64,000 nucleotides of DNA. Origin: a virus. How positions within the stretch are numbered: the stretch's first letter is position 1; each line of letters starts with the position of its first letter. The DNA lies in IMG/VR virus record IMGVR_UViG_3300030333_008459, positions 1-64,000 of that record; one strand, given 5' to 3'. Shown one piece after another: positions 1 through 8,979 of the stretch. Position numbers and translations under genes: made by a program. Under the pieces are notes generated by a model, which searched no databases, was not told the origin of the DNA, and saw nothing but the letters and a program-made list of their open reading frames with translations.

Positions 1-2
1 TA

Positions 3-3000
3 AGACACGCAGGGGACGAAAACACTAAGCTGAGTTTTGAAACAGATACTATTCATTTGGAAACGGATGGATCTAAGAGGTTAACCGTTGACTCCGATGG
101 TAATGTAGGTATAACAGGGAGCGTCAAAGGAACAGGTGTGGGTGATCGGATTACCCTCAATGGAACGGGATATTTAATATCGGGAGATGTAACAACCTCT
201 GAGTTGGGTCTTGGAACTGCTGCTACAAAAGACGTAGGAATAAGTAACACTAATGTCCTGCAAGCCAACAGCACTATTACAGATGATGATTTCCTAAGAG
301 TCGATGGAACTCAGATCGAGGGACGTTCTGCATCTGAGGTTCTTAGCGATATCGGAGCGCAAGCTTCCTTAACCTTTGGTATATCAAACACTAATGCTGT
401 TAAAATCGACAGCGCGAGTGTCGCTGATGACGAATACGCTAGATTTACCTCTGCTGGACTGGAAAGCCGTTCTAATTCTGAAATAAAAAGTGACATAGGG
501 CTTAGTAGTTCTGATTCCCCAACCTTCAATGGACTAACTGTCACGGGTGCAGCTGGTATATCGGGGGGAGCCAACTTTATCGGAACAGGGGTGGGTAATA
601 GGATAACCGCAGAAAATGGTAAAGTCTATCTAGTCTCTGGAGACATCACCGATACTGATACAAATACTTTTGTTACTGGTGCGTCTTTTAACACAAGTGA
701 TGGTGTTATTACATTAAGTCGCAACGATGCATCCACTGTTACAGCCGATCTAGACGGGCGTTTTATTTTAAGTAGCGCAACGGGTGCAGCTGCTCCGTTG
801 AATGTTGGTATTAGTAATACTAATGTCTTACAGGCTAACAGCACAATTGTAGATAATGATTTTCTCCGCATAGACGGCACTCAAGTAGAAGGAAGATCTG
901 CAAGCGAAGTTCTATCCGACATCGGAGGACAAGCGTCTTTAACTTTCGGAATCTCAAATACAAACGCTGTTAAGATTGATAGTGCAAGTGTTGCAGATGA
1001 TGAATATGCAAGATTTACTTCTGCTGGTCTTGAGAGTCGTTCCACTTCTGAGGTCAAAAGTGATATAGGCTTAAGTAGTGATGACTCTCCGACTTTCAAC
1101 GGGTTAACTGTCACGGGCGCAGCTGGTATATCGGGTGGGGCTAATTTTATTGGAACAGGGGTAGGCAATAGGATCACAGCCGAAAACGGTAAAGTCTATC
1201 TGGTGTCGGGTGATATTACCGATACTGACACAAATACTTTTATTACAGGAGCATCCTTTAACACCAGTGATGGTGTGTTAACACTAAGCAGAAATGATGC
1301 AGCAACTGTTACTACAGATCTAGATGGACGTTTTGTTTTAAGTAGCGCTACTGGTGCAGCCGCTCCGTTGAACGTGGGAATTAGCAATACAAATCTTTTA
1401 CAAGCGAATAGCTCGGTAATAGACAACGACTTCTTGAGAATAGACGGCACTCAAGTGGAGGGAAGATCTGCCTCTGAAGTTCTTTCGGACATTGGGGCGC
1501 AAGCGTCCCTCACCTTCGGCATATCAAATACAAATGCAGTAAAGATTGACAGCGCTTCGGTAGCTGATGACGAATATGCACGGTTTACTTCTGCTGGGTT
1601 AGAGAGCCGTTCTACTTCTGAAGTAGTTAGTGATATTGGAGCGGTAGCAACTGGTTCAACAGGACTATTAGCTAACTTAAGCGCAGTTGACGCAGATAAC
1701 GTAACAGTTAGTAATCTAGAGGTAGATAATTTAAAAGCTGGGGTCTTAGATACAGATCTTAGTAGTGTAAGCTCAAGTGATGATACTCTAGCTTCAGCAA
1801 AAGCTATCAAATCTTATGTTGATAGCACTGTTATCCCTGATACAAACACCTTTGTTACTGGAGCGTTATTTAATACAAGCGATGGTGTTTTGACACTAAG
1901 CAGAAATGATGCATCCACTGTTACTACAGATCTAGATGGACGGTTCGTTTTAAGTAGCGCCACTGGTGCAGCCGCTCCGTTGAATGTAGGAATCAGTAAT
2001 ACTAACGTTATTCAGGCGAACAACACACTTGTAGATAATGATTTCCTTAGAATAGACGGAACGCAAGTGGAAGGAAGATCCGCTTCGGAGGTTCTCTCCG
2101 ACATCGGAGGACAGGCATCATTAACATTTGGTATTTCAAATACTAATGCTGTTAAGATAGATAGCGCATCAGTAGCTGATGACGAATATGCTAGGTTTAC
2201 CTCTGCTGGATTAGAAAGTCGCTCTACCTCTGAAGTTAAAAGCGACATAGGGTTGAGTGCTAACGATTCTCCGACATTTAATGGATTAACTGTCACAGGA
2301 GCGGCTGGTATATCTGGTGGAGCTAACTTTATCGGAACAGGTATAGGTAATCGAATTACCGCTGAAAACGGTAAAGTTTATTTGGTGTCGGGAGATGTCA
2401 CCACTTCAGAATTAGGACTTGGCACTGCTGCTACAAAGGACGTAGGTATTAGCAATAATAATGTCATCCAAGCAAATAACACGCTTGTTGATAATGATTT
2501 CTTAAGAATAGATGGCACACAAGTAGAGGGAAGATCGGCATCAGAAGTCCTGTCGGATATCGGAGGACAAGCTTCACTTACCTTCGGCATAGCAAACACA
2601 AACGCTGTTAAAATTGACAGCGCAGACGTTGCTGACGACGAATATGCTAGATTTACAGCTGACGGCCTTGAAAGTCGTTCAACATCAGAGGTTCTTAGTG
2701 ATATCGGGGCGCAAGCCTCGCTGACCTTTGGGATCTCAAACACGAATGCTGTAAAGATCGACAGCGCTTCAGTAGCAGATGATGAATACGCAAGATTTAC
2801 CGCTAACGGCTTAGAGAGTAGATCTACTTCAGAAGTAAAAAGTGATATAGGTTTGTCATCAAATGATTCTCCAACTTTTAATGGATTAAAATCCACGGGT
2901 GCAGCAGGAATTTCGGGAGGAGCAAACTTTATTGGCACGGGTATAGGCAACCGAATCACAGCCGAAAACGGTAAACCTTATCTTATTTCTGGAGATGTCA

Positions 3001-4364
3001 CTACATCTGAACTAGGACTTGGCACTGCTGCTACAAAGGATGTTGGAATTAGTAACAACAATGTCATCCAAGCAAATAATACCTTGGTAGATAACGACTT
3101 CCTCAGAATAGATGGCACTCAAGTCGAAGGTAGATCAGCTTCTGAAGTCTTATCTGACATCGGAGGACAAGCTTCGCTTACCTTCGGAATAGCAAACACA
3201 AACGCTGTTAAGATTGATAGCGCAAGTGTTGCTGACGATGAGTATGCGCGGTTTACTGCTAACGGTTTAGAGAGTCGTTCGACATCTGAGGTCAGGTCTG
3301 ATATAGGGCTGGGGGAAGCTGCCACACTGGATACTGGCATTTCTGCGGGAGAAGTCGCTGTGTTTACGGGAAGTGTCGTGGATAATGATTTTCTTCGTGT
3401 TGATGGAACAGCGATTGAAGGTAGATCAGCTTCTGAAGTTCTGAGCGACATTGGAGCGCAAGCTTCGTTGACTTTTGGAATATCAAATACGAATGCCGTT
3501 AAGATAGACAGCGCATCAGTCGCTGATGATGAGTATGCTAGATTTACAGCTGATGGATTAGAGAGTCGCTCTACTTCTGAAGTCTTGTCTGACATTGGAG
3601 GGGTTGCTGATGGAGGCTCTCCGACTTTCGATAGTATCTATCTTCAAAACACAATTTATCATGATGGAGATACAGACACTCGTATAGATGTTAGCGCGGA
3701 TACAATCCAACTTGCTACAGCAGGAACTACAGCACTTACAGTAGCTTCAAACAGCAATGTCGGTATAGGAACAGCAACTCCCAACGCTTCATATAAACTC
3801 CATACGCAGGGACTTTCCTATGCAACAGGAATGGTTGTAGGAGGCGGTCTGGTTGGGGCTTCGATTGAAAACGGATTAGCAGTAGAAGGAAAAACTGCAT
3901 TAGGTTATTATTCAACCAGTAACACACTGGGAGTATACGGAAACGCTAGCGTGGGGACATCTTATATAAGCTCCTCCGCTCCTTCTAATGGTCTAATAGT
4001 TCAAGGAAATGTTGGGGTTGGAACTCAATCGCCAGCAACTGCCCTTGAGGTCAATGGCGCAATAAAAGGTGGAGTAAATGTTTCTGATAAAAGCGCTGAT
4101 TTTACTTTATCATCAGCTGATAATGGAAACTTTATTAACGGAACATCTACTTCATTCGATCAAATATCAATCTCTAGTGATATAGGCGCAAACTTTAACT
4201 GTTGTGTAATGCATCCAACATCAGATGTTGACATTGTGGCTTCCAGTAGTATGATTGTTAATGGCGTGACAGATGGCACTGTGACTCTAGCATCTGGATA
4301 TCAACCAGCTTCTATAGTTAGAATCGCATCCAATAGTTACGCGGTATTCGGTAATTTATTATGA
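3..4364 (+). CDS. Repetitive tail fibre / fibre-like structural protein, 5'-truncated by the window edge
   Basis: The frame is open from position 3 (RHAGDENTKLSFETDTIHLETDG...), so the real start lies upstream. Modular Ser/Thr/Gly/Asp-rich repeats; 'GNVGIGT'-type fibre beta-repeats near the C-terminus; small C-terminal knob-like domain. Confidence 0.75.
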   Translation, partial: RHAGDENTKLSFETDTIHLETDGSKRLTVDSDGNVGITGSVKGTGVGDRITLNGTGYLISGDVTTSELGLGTAATKDVGISNTNVLQANSTITDDDFLRVDGTQIEGRSASEVLSDIGAQASLTFGISNTNAVKIDSASVADDEYARFTSAGLESRSNSEIKSDIGLSSSDSPTFNGLTVTGAAGISGGANFIGTGVGNRITAENGKVYLVSGDITDTDTNTFVTGASFNTSDGVITLSRNDASTVTADLDGRFILSSATGAAAPLNVGISNTNVLQANSTIVDNDFLRIDGTQVEGRSASEVLSDIGGQASLTFGISNTNAVKIDSASVADDEYARFTSAGLESRSTSEVKSDIGLSSDDSPTFNGLTVTGAAGISGGANFIGTGVGNRITAENGKVYLVSGDITDTDTNTFITGASFNTSDGVLTLSRNDAATVTTDLDGRFVLSSATGAAAPLNVGISNTNLLQANSSVIDNDFLRIDGTQVEGRSASEVLSDIGAQASLTFGISNTNAVKIDSASVADDEYARFTSAGLESRSTSEVVSDIGAVATGSTGLLANLSAVDADNVTVSNLEVDNLKAGVLDTDLSSVSSSDDTLASAKAIKSYVDSTVIPDTNTFVTGALFNTSDGVLTLSRNDASTVTTDLDGRFVLSSATGAAAPLNVGISNTNVIQANNTLVDNDFLRIDGTQVEGRSASEVLSDIGGQASLTFGISNTNAVKIDSASVADDEYARFTSAGLESRSTSEVKSDIGLSANDSPTFNGLTVTGAAGISGGANFIGTGIGNRITAENGKVYLVSGDVTTSELGLGTAATKDVGISNNNVIQANNTLVDNDFLRIDGTQVEGRSASEVLSDIGGQASLTFGIANTNAVKIDSADVADDEYARFTADGLESRSTSEVLSDIGAQASLTFGISNTNAVKIDSASVADDEYARFTANGLESRSTSEVKSDIGLSSNDSPTFNGLKSTGAAGISGGANFIGTGIGNRITAENGKPYLISGDVTTSELGLGTAATKDVGISNNNVIQANNTLVDNDFLRIDGTQVEGRSASEVLSDIGGQASLTFGIANTNAVKIDSASVADDEYARFTANGLESRSTSEVRSDIGLGEAATLDTGISAGEVAVFTGSVVDNDFLRVDGTAIEGRSASEVLSDIGAQASLTFGISNTNAVKIDSASVADDEYARFTADGLESRSTSEVLSDIGGVADGGSPTFDSIYLQNTIYHDGDTDTRIDVSADTIQLATAGTTALTVASNSNVGIGTATPNASYKLHTQGLSYATGMVVGGGLVGASIENGLAVEGKTALGYYSTSNTLGVYGNASVGTSYISSSAPSNGLIVQGNVGVGTQSPATALEVNGAIKGGVNVSDKSADFTLSSADNGNFINGTSTSFDQISISSDIGANFNCCVMHPTSDVDIVASSSMIVNGVTDGTVTLASGYQPASIVRIASNSYAVFGNLL
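220..3600 (+). repeat. Intragenic modular protein repeats
   Basis: 7x DFLR(V/I)DGT..EGRSASEVLSDIG, 8x VADDEYARFT..GLESRS.SE..SDIG, 4x SPTFNGL..TGAAGISGGANFIGTG.GNRITAENGK and 3x DTNTF.TGA.FNTSDGV.TLSRNDA, counted in the translation. Confidence 0.95.
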
Positions 4365-5341
4365 TTATAAGACCCTCAATGTCGGGGATATTCGAAAAAC
4401 ATGTAGAAACTCCTCTGGATATAAGCGGTATGCCCACCGCAAGGCTAGCCTATGGATTAAGGCTGCTTCGTGCTGCTTACACTGGTGCTGCTATAAGAGT
4501 TAGAAGAGATTCTGATAGCACCGAAGCAGATGTTTATTTTTACAATCAAAAAGAAGTAACCCTTAACAGTCTGACTAGCGCAGGGAGCACCCTTAGAGAT
4601 TTTGTAGGAAGCAACTCAGCTTTCGTTACTAAGTGGTATAACCAAAGTGGCAATACAAGCACTCAACAAGGTGGAGGATCTTGGAGCGGATATCCAACTG
4701 CACCAGATGCAGTCCAAACAACTACAAGTAGACAGCCTGAGTTAATTTCTTCTGGAGTGTTTAACAGAGGGCTTAAATGTGTTACCTCTGGGGGATATAG
4801 CGCTTCTGGAGATTATTTGCAAGTAAACCAATACAGATTACCTAATACTGACGATAATTTTAGTTTAGTTATGGCTTGTGAAGTATTTAATTTTACAGGA
4901 GCTGGCGGTCTCATTACTAATTTAGATAATTTTAATGATGGAGTAGAAATGATTTATTTATCTGGTGGAAGTTACAGGTTAGCTGTAGATGCTTATGACG
5001 AAGATAGTGCTAGTGGTTATCCAACATATACACGCACAATAGTTGGTTCATACTACGACAGGCAAAGATCAACTGCCGCAGGAGGAGATGGAAAATCCAT
5101 GATACTTAGAGTGAGCGGGACCGAAACCACTAGAGACGTAAATGAAGATAAACATATTGGTAGATCGGATAGATTTAGAATTGGTTGCAGAAGAATAAGC
5201 AACAATCCTTTTAATGGAATAATCAGAGAAGTTTATGTATTTGATTCAAGCGCGGGATCGGGGAAAGCTGCATTAGATGATGACCTTAAACTTGCATTAG
5301 AGAGAAATGTCGCAATATATAACGAGGTTAATTACGCATGA
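4361..5341 (+). CDS. Concanavalin A/LamG-like lectin-fold protein (arabinofuranosidase-B catalytic-domain-like N-terminus); putative fibre-associated receptor-binding protein
   Basis: AYGLRLLRAAYTGAAIRVRRDSD...FVTKWYNQSGN motif and C-terminal 'FRIG...FNGIIREVYVF' LamG-type signature; ATGA overlap with the fibre gene. Confidence 0.6.
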   Translation: MIIRPSMSGIFEKHVETPLDISGMPTARLAYGLRLLRAAYTGAAIRVRRDSDSTEADVYFYNQKEVTLNSLTSAGSTLRDFVGSNSAFVTKWYNQSGNTSTQQGGGSWSGYPTAPDAVQTTTSRQPELISSGVFNRGLKCVTSGGYSASGDYLQVNQYRLPNTDDNFSLVMACEVFNFTGAGGLITNLDNFNDGVEMIYLSGGSYRLAVDAYDEDSASGYPTYTRTIVGSYYDRQRSTAAGGDGKSMILRVSGTETTRDVNEDKHIGRSDRFRIGCRRISNNPFNGIIREVYVFDSSAGSGKAALDDDLKLALERNVAIYNEVNYA

Positions 5342-5631
5342 GATATTTAAAATTCGAAAATATTGATGGTGCCGAACAAAGAAGCAGAGAGCTTTGGGAG
5401 GAAAAATTGGGGCGACCTAAGAAGGAAGAAGATGAATCAGAATTCATGTATGGTTGGGAAATCTCTGAAAGCAGCGAAGGAGGATCGTATCTGTTAATAG
5501 ATGATGGCGGCATGATCCTCAGTGACGAAGAAAAGCTGGCTCTAGAACCAGAGCAGTCTTATCAAGATTGGCGCGAACAATATCAGCCCGAATCAGTGCA
5601 AATCGAAAGAGAAGAACTTGAATCAATGTAG
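5338..5631 (+). CDS. Hypothetical acidic protein (possible fibre chaperone)
   Basis: 97-aa ORF, ATGA-coupled to the upstream gene. Confidence 0.6.
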   Translation: MRYLKFENIDGAEQRSRELWEEKLGRPKKEEDESEFMYGWEISESSEGGSYLLIDDGGMILSDEEKLALEPEQSYQDWREQYQPESVQIEREELESM

Positions 5632-5645
5632 CAAGAACATATAAT
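5618..5645 (+). promoter_or_regulatory. Sigma70-type promoter, leaderless
   Basis: TTGAAT-16 bp-TATAAT, 6 nt before the ATG at 5652. Confidence 0.65.
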
Positions 5646-5651
5646 TTATGT

Positions 5652-6308
5652 ATGCTAGACTGTCTTTTTTTAGTCCCTATAGACCATAGAGGGATTCAAG
5701 GTAAATTGTTCCGTCAATATTTACAGTTGCAATCTTGGTGCGACCGAAATAACTCAGCTATATTTACAGTAAACGGATTGTTTCTGAATTTCGCTCGTAA
5801 CTCTTTAGCTACAGGAGGAAAAGGATTGACCGATCCTCGACCGCCAGAGGCTAAGTGGCTATTTTGGATCGACTCAGATATCGCATTCACAATTGAACAG
5901 GTAGAAAAACTACTGTCAGTTCCAGAAGAACACAAATTTTGCAATGGGTGGTATGTGCAAGACTCTAGTGATAACGCTATGTGTGGGATGTGGGACGAGG
6001 ATTTTTTTAGCACAAATTACCACATGCCCTTCTTTTCAGCGAATATTTTGACTCAAATAGGGCAGGAGAAACCAGATACCTTAATAGAGGCAGACTTTAC
6101 GGGATTTGGTTTCACTCGTTTGGCGAGTTCTATTATAGAGCAAATGGTTTATCCTTATTTTACTCTAAATATACAAGAGTTAGGAAAGTTTAGAGATATG
6201 AGTTTTGACGATGTAAGTTTCTGTCAAAATTGCGAAAATCAAACAGGCGTTAAGCCTTTAATAGTGCCGAGCTTACGAGTGGGTCACTTGAAATCCTTTA
6301 TTGTATAA
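5652..6308 (+). CDS. GT-A fold glycosyltransferase-like protein
   Basis: LNFARN...WLFWIDSDIAF (DxD), GFGF, SFDDVSFC and LRVGHLK motifs typical of phage GT2-like proteins. Confidence 0.7.
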   Translation: MLDCLFLVPIDHRGIQGKLFRQYLQLQSWCDRNNSAIFTVNGLFLNFARNSLATGGKGLTDPRPPEAKWLFWIDSDIAFTIEQVEKLLSVPEEHKFCNGWYVQDSSDNAMCGMWDEDFFSTNYHMPFFSANILTQIGQEKPDTLIEADFTGFGFTRLASSIIEQMVYPYFTLNIQELGKFRDMSFDDVSFCQNCENQTGVKPLIVPSLRVGHLKSFIV

Positions 6309-6508
6309 GCTTGAAAGTGAGGAGTATTGCCTTCTTGAAAGTCGTTTTTAAAAATTAAACAGGGAACTTTCTCTCCATTTATTTCAAGGACACCTGATAA
6401 ATAATTAGTGCCATTTTCTTTTTTCTTTATCCAAAATGCGCCGAGCTTATTCTGGGTCCACTCCGAAGGTTGTTTGCTTGAGGAGTTCGATAAAGTCTCT
6501 TCTGGCAT
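6284..6508 (-). CDS. DUF736-like small protein
   Basis: LGAFWIKK...GTNYLSG...IFKN...P.F pattern. Confidence 0.6.
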   Translation of the reverse strand: MPEETLSNSSSKQPSEWTQNKLGAFWIKKKENGTNYLSGVLEINGEKVPCLIFKNDFQEGNTPHFQAYTIKDFK

Positions 6509-6617
6509 GACTGGGTAGTTTTTTATATTGTTTTTTTAAACGACGATAGACTCTTTTAGATACAGGATCAGTAGGATTACAAATCTCTCTCAGTTCTCTA
6601 GATATTTTATTATTCAT
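6447..6617 (-). CDS. Small basic hypothetical protein (56 aa, absent from the ORF track)
   Basis: MNNKISRELREICNPTDPVSKRVYRRLKKQYKKLPSHARRDFIELLKQTTFGVDPE*; ATGA overlap with the upstream GNAT gene fills the gap. Confidence 0.6.
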   Translation of the reverse strand: MNNKISRELREICNPTDPVSKRVYRRLKKQYKKLPSHARRDFIELLKQTTFGVDPE

Positions 6618-7072
6618 AATTTAGCTATGTATGTTTCCGAGTCTTTTATGAAACCCATTTTTTCATAAAACTTAGCCACTTTTTCAGATTTAGGATGAGC
6701 CATAACTCTGTTCATAGTAATATATTTAAATTCTTTTTCTTTAGCGAATTTTAAGGCGGCTGCTAAAAGTTTATAGCCAACAGTGGGGTTCTTAGACAAC
6801 CAAATATATTCGGCAAATATTTCTTCTCCAAATTTTTCATTTCTATTATTAATAAAAGCTATAACGGCATCATACTTGCCATCAGAATTTTTGTTACCCC
6901 AAAGAAAAAAATTCCAAGCTAGAATTCTTTTGTTACCAAAAGCATTAAAGATATATTCTTTATTATGGTTTAAGAAATGATGACCTTCATGTTCGTTTTC
7001 ATGAAGATGTAAATCAAAAACATCATCTAGCAGCTTTTGAAATTCAGAAGGATCTGTGATTCTTCTAATCAC
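6614..7072 (-). CDS. GNAT-family N-acetyltransferase
   Basis: VGYKLLAAALKFAKEK...VAKFYEKMGF acetyl-CoA-binding C-terminal motifs. Confidence 0.65.
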   Translation of the reverse strand: MIRRITDPSEFQKLLDDVFDLHLHENEHEGHHFLNHNKEYIFNAFGNKRILAWNFFLWGNKNSDGKYDAVIAFINNRNEKFGEEIFAEYIWLSKNPTVGYKLLAAALKFAKEKEFKYITMNRVMAHPKSEKVAKFYEKMGFIKDSETYIAKL

Positions 7073-7845
7073 TTATTAAGAACAACAATTAATTTCCGAG
7101 CTTCTTTGGCGGGGATATCCTTGTAGGAGGACCATTCCTTTGCATCTTCGTTCCTATAGGCATCCTTCTTCCATAAGTCTCGCAAGACACCTTTGCAATC
7201 TTGAAAAGAGCCAACATTGTATTTGTCCCTGAGAATTTTCTCTAAAAGATCTACAGGTGTTATAGGGCTAGCAACAACTTCTGACTCGTAGGATTGAGCA
7301 CTTCCTTGAGATTTGTCGATCTCATCTGCCCCGACAATATGGATGTTAAGATAATTACGGACACAACGGACAAAAGCCCTATTGCAAGCTATAGTTTCGA
7401 GAAACTTAGCACAAAAAGAATCCGTGTTATCTAAAGTAGCATTAGCGGTATCCTCGTATTCAATACCGCACAGACTTTCGTAATTAGGTAACCAAGCAAT
7501 CCGACACTTCGCTGTTACATAACCTTCAGATACATTATCCACCTCATATGCTACACCACGATAACCACGAAGTTTAGCCAACTCTTTTATGCCACCGAGC
7601 ATGATTAACAATTGTTTGTCTTCCAGCCCGTCGATAGAATTAGGAACAGCTTGGTTTCTAGCTTCAAACCACCCTCTGTTGGGATACAAGAATTCTGGCT
7701 TAATCATAGCTCTCCAATCAACAGAGCCGTCTTCGTTGTAGATATAATCTACATTTTCGAATAAACCTTCCCCATTACGTTGATAAATATCTGGTCCGTA
7801 GATTTTTTTAGCGGCTTTCTTTTTAGCTGTTTTATTCTGACTCAT
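7069..7845 (-). CDS. Putative Rad52/Sak-like single-strand annealing protein
   Basis: GIKELA...VTAKCRI...ANAT...ETIACNRAFVRCVRNYLNI...ADEI resembles the Rad52-like core helix motif. Confidence 0.45.
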   Translation of the reverse strand: MSQNKTAKKKAAKKIYGPDIYQRNGEGLFENVDYIYNEDGSVDWRAMIKPEFLYPNRGWFEARNQAVPNSIDGLEDKQLLIMLGGIKELAKLRGYRGVAYEVDNVSEGYVTAKCRIAWLPNYESLCGIEYEDTANATLDNTDSFCAKFLETIACNRAFVRCVRNYLNIHIVGADEIDKSQGSAQSYESEVVASPITPVDLLEKILRDKYNVGSFQDCKGVLRDLWKKDAYRNEDAKEWSSYKDIPAKEARKLIVVLNK

Positions 7846-8977
7846 AAATATAAAAGTGGTCTAACTCTCTCCAATATTCAGGACTATCCAACACTTTATT
7901 GTTCCTGTCAAGTCCTTTTTTGAAATGAGCGTAACTTAGATACTCTTTACCTTCACATACTATTCTTTTCCGCGAGATAAAACGTGTTTTTTCTGTGATT
8001 TCGCAAGGTTTTTCTCTAGCAGGATAAGCGTATCTTACAGGAATGTCAAAATACTTATTACGCAGAGCGCTTACATGTTCTTCTTTTTTTGATAAAATAT
8101 TTAAATTAACACCCAATCTTTTAACGAACCTAAAATAGTTTTCGGGGATATCTTCATCCATGTCATCAATGAATAAAAAGAAGTCTTGGAGGTTATTAGC
8201 TATTTTTTGTAAACCTTGAGGTTGAATTAATTTATCAGAGCAAATAGAGGAGATTTTATATTCGCTGAAATACTTAAGAAAAACATCTTCGTTAAGGCCG
8301 TAGTCAGGTCTTAACATAATACGTTGATTAGCAGAAACATTGAGGCGAGTAAAAGCTGTAGGAACTATCTCAAGTAAATCCTGATTAAAGCCACTACCCG
8401 CATAAAGAGTCTTAAAGTTTACTCTAGGTTCAGTTATTTTTAGTAAATCTAAAACGCTTTGAGCCACTACTTCAGGTTTAATTTTAGTTATTTGTGACTT
8501 GGGATCTTGACTATCAAAGCAGGGTTTTTTATCCCACTTAGGAGCTAAATTTACATTCATGGATGGGCTGGAAAAAATAGGACGGTTAACTTCAGGGTAA
8601 GTATTACCAAACAAATTTACCGTTGGTATTTTTTTTGCGCTGGCTAAATGATTTAAAGCGTTGTCGGAGCCTAAGTGCAACAAAGAATTAGATAGAAGAA
8701 AGCTTTGTTGTTTAAAGGTTAAATTTAAAGCTTGATCAACTCCTTCTATTTTAGATTTACCTCCTAACTGAACTACTTTTATGGAATTGTTTTTGAGGAA
8801 AGGAGAAAGTAAGTTTAAGACTAATTCATAAAAAGGATAATGTTTTGATTGTATGTCATCATCATTAGCCAAGGTTATATATTTTTCAATAGTTAAAGGA
8901 AAGAAGTGATCTTTGACTATAGGAAGAGAAATTTTTACTCCCAAATTTTTAGCATATTCTTCTAGTAAATGAGACAT
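7832..8977 (-). CDS. GT9 (heptosyltransferase-like) C-terminal-half protein with an unknown C-terminal domain
   Basis: VVQLGG...LLHLGSDNALNHLASAKKIPTVNLFG matches the GT9 'G.DS...HLA.A...P.V.LFG' motif; the GT9 N-terminal domain is missing. Confidence 0.7.
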   Translation of the reverse strand: MSHLLEEYAKNLGVKISLPIVKDHFFPLTIEKYITLANDDDIQSKHYPFYELVLNLLSPFLKNNSIKVVQLGGKSKIEGVDQALNLTFKQQSFLLSNSLLHLGSDNALNHLASAKKIPTVNLFGNTYPEVNRPIFSSPSMNVNLAPKWDKKPCFDSQDPKSQITKIKPEVVAQSVLDLLKITEPRVNFKTLYAGSGFNQDLLEIVPTAFTRLNVSANQRIMLRPDYGLNEDVFLKYFSEYKISSICSDKLIQPQGLQKIANNLQDFFLFIDDMDEDIPENYFRFVKRLGVNLNILSKKEEHVSALRNKYFDIPVRYAYPAREKPCEITEKTRFISRKRIVCEGKEYLSYAHFKKGLDRNNKVLDSPEYWRELDHFYIYESE

Positions 8978-8979
8978 AA

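Noticed and set aside
220-3600. Repeats as a possible CRISPR array or DGR template/variable repeat
   Set aside because: The repeats are in-frame protein modules differing mainly at synonymous sites. There is no repeat-spacer structure, no adenine-specific mismatch pattern was seen, and no reverse transcriptase is in the window.
53-3927. Series of minus-strand ORFs (63-193 aa) opposite the fibre gene
   Set aside because: Antisense shadows of the repetitive coding strand; they repeat with the fibre modules and show no independent signals.
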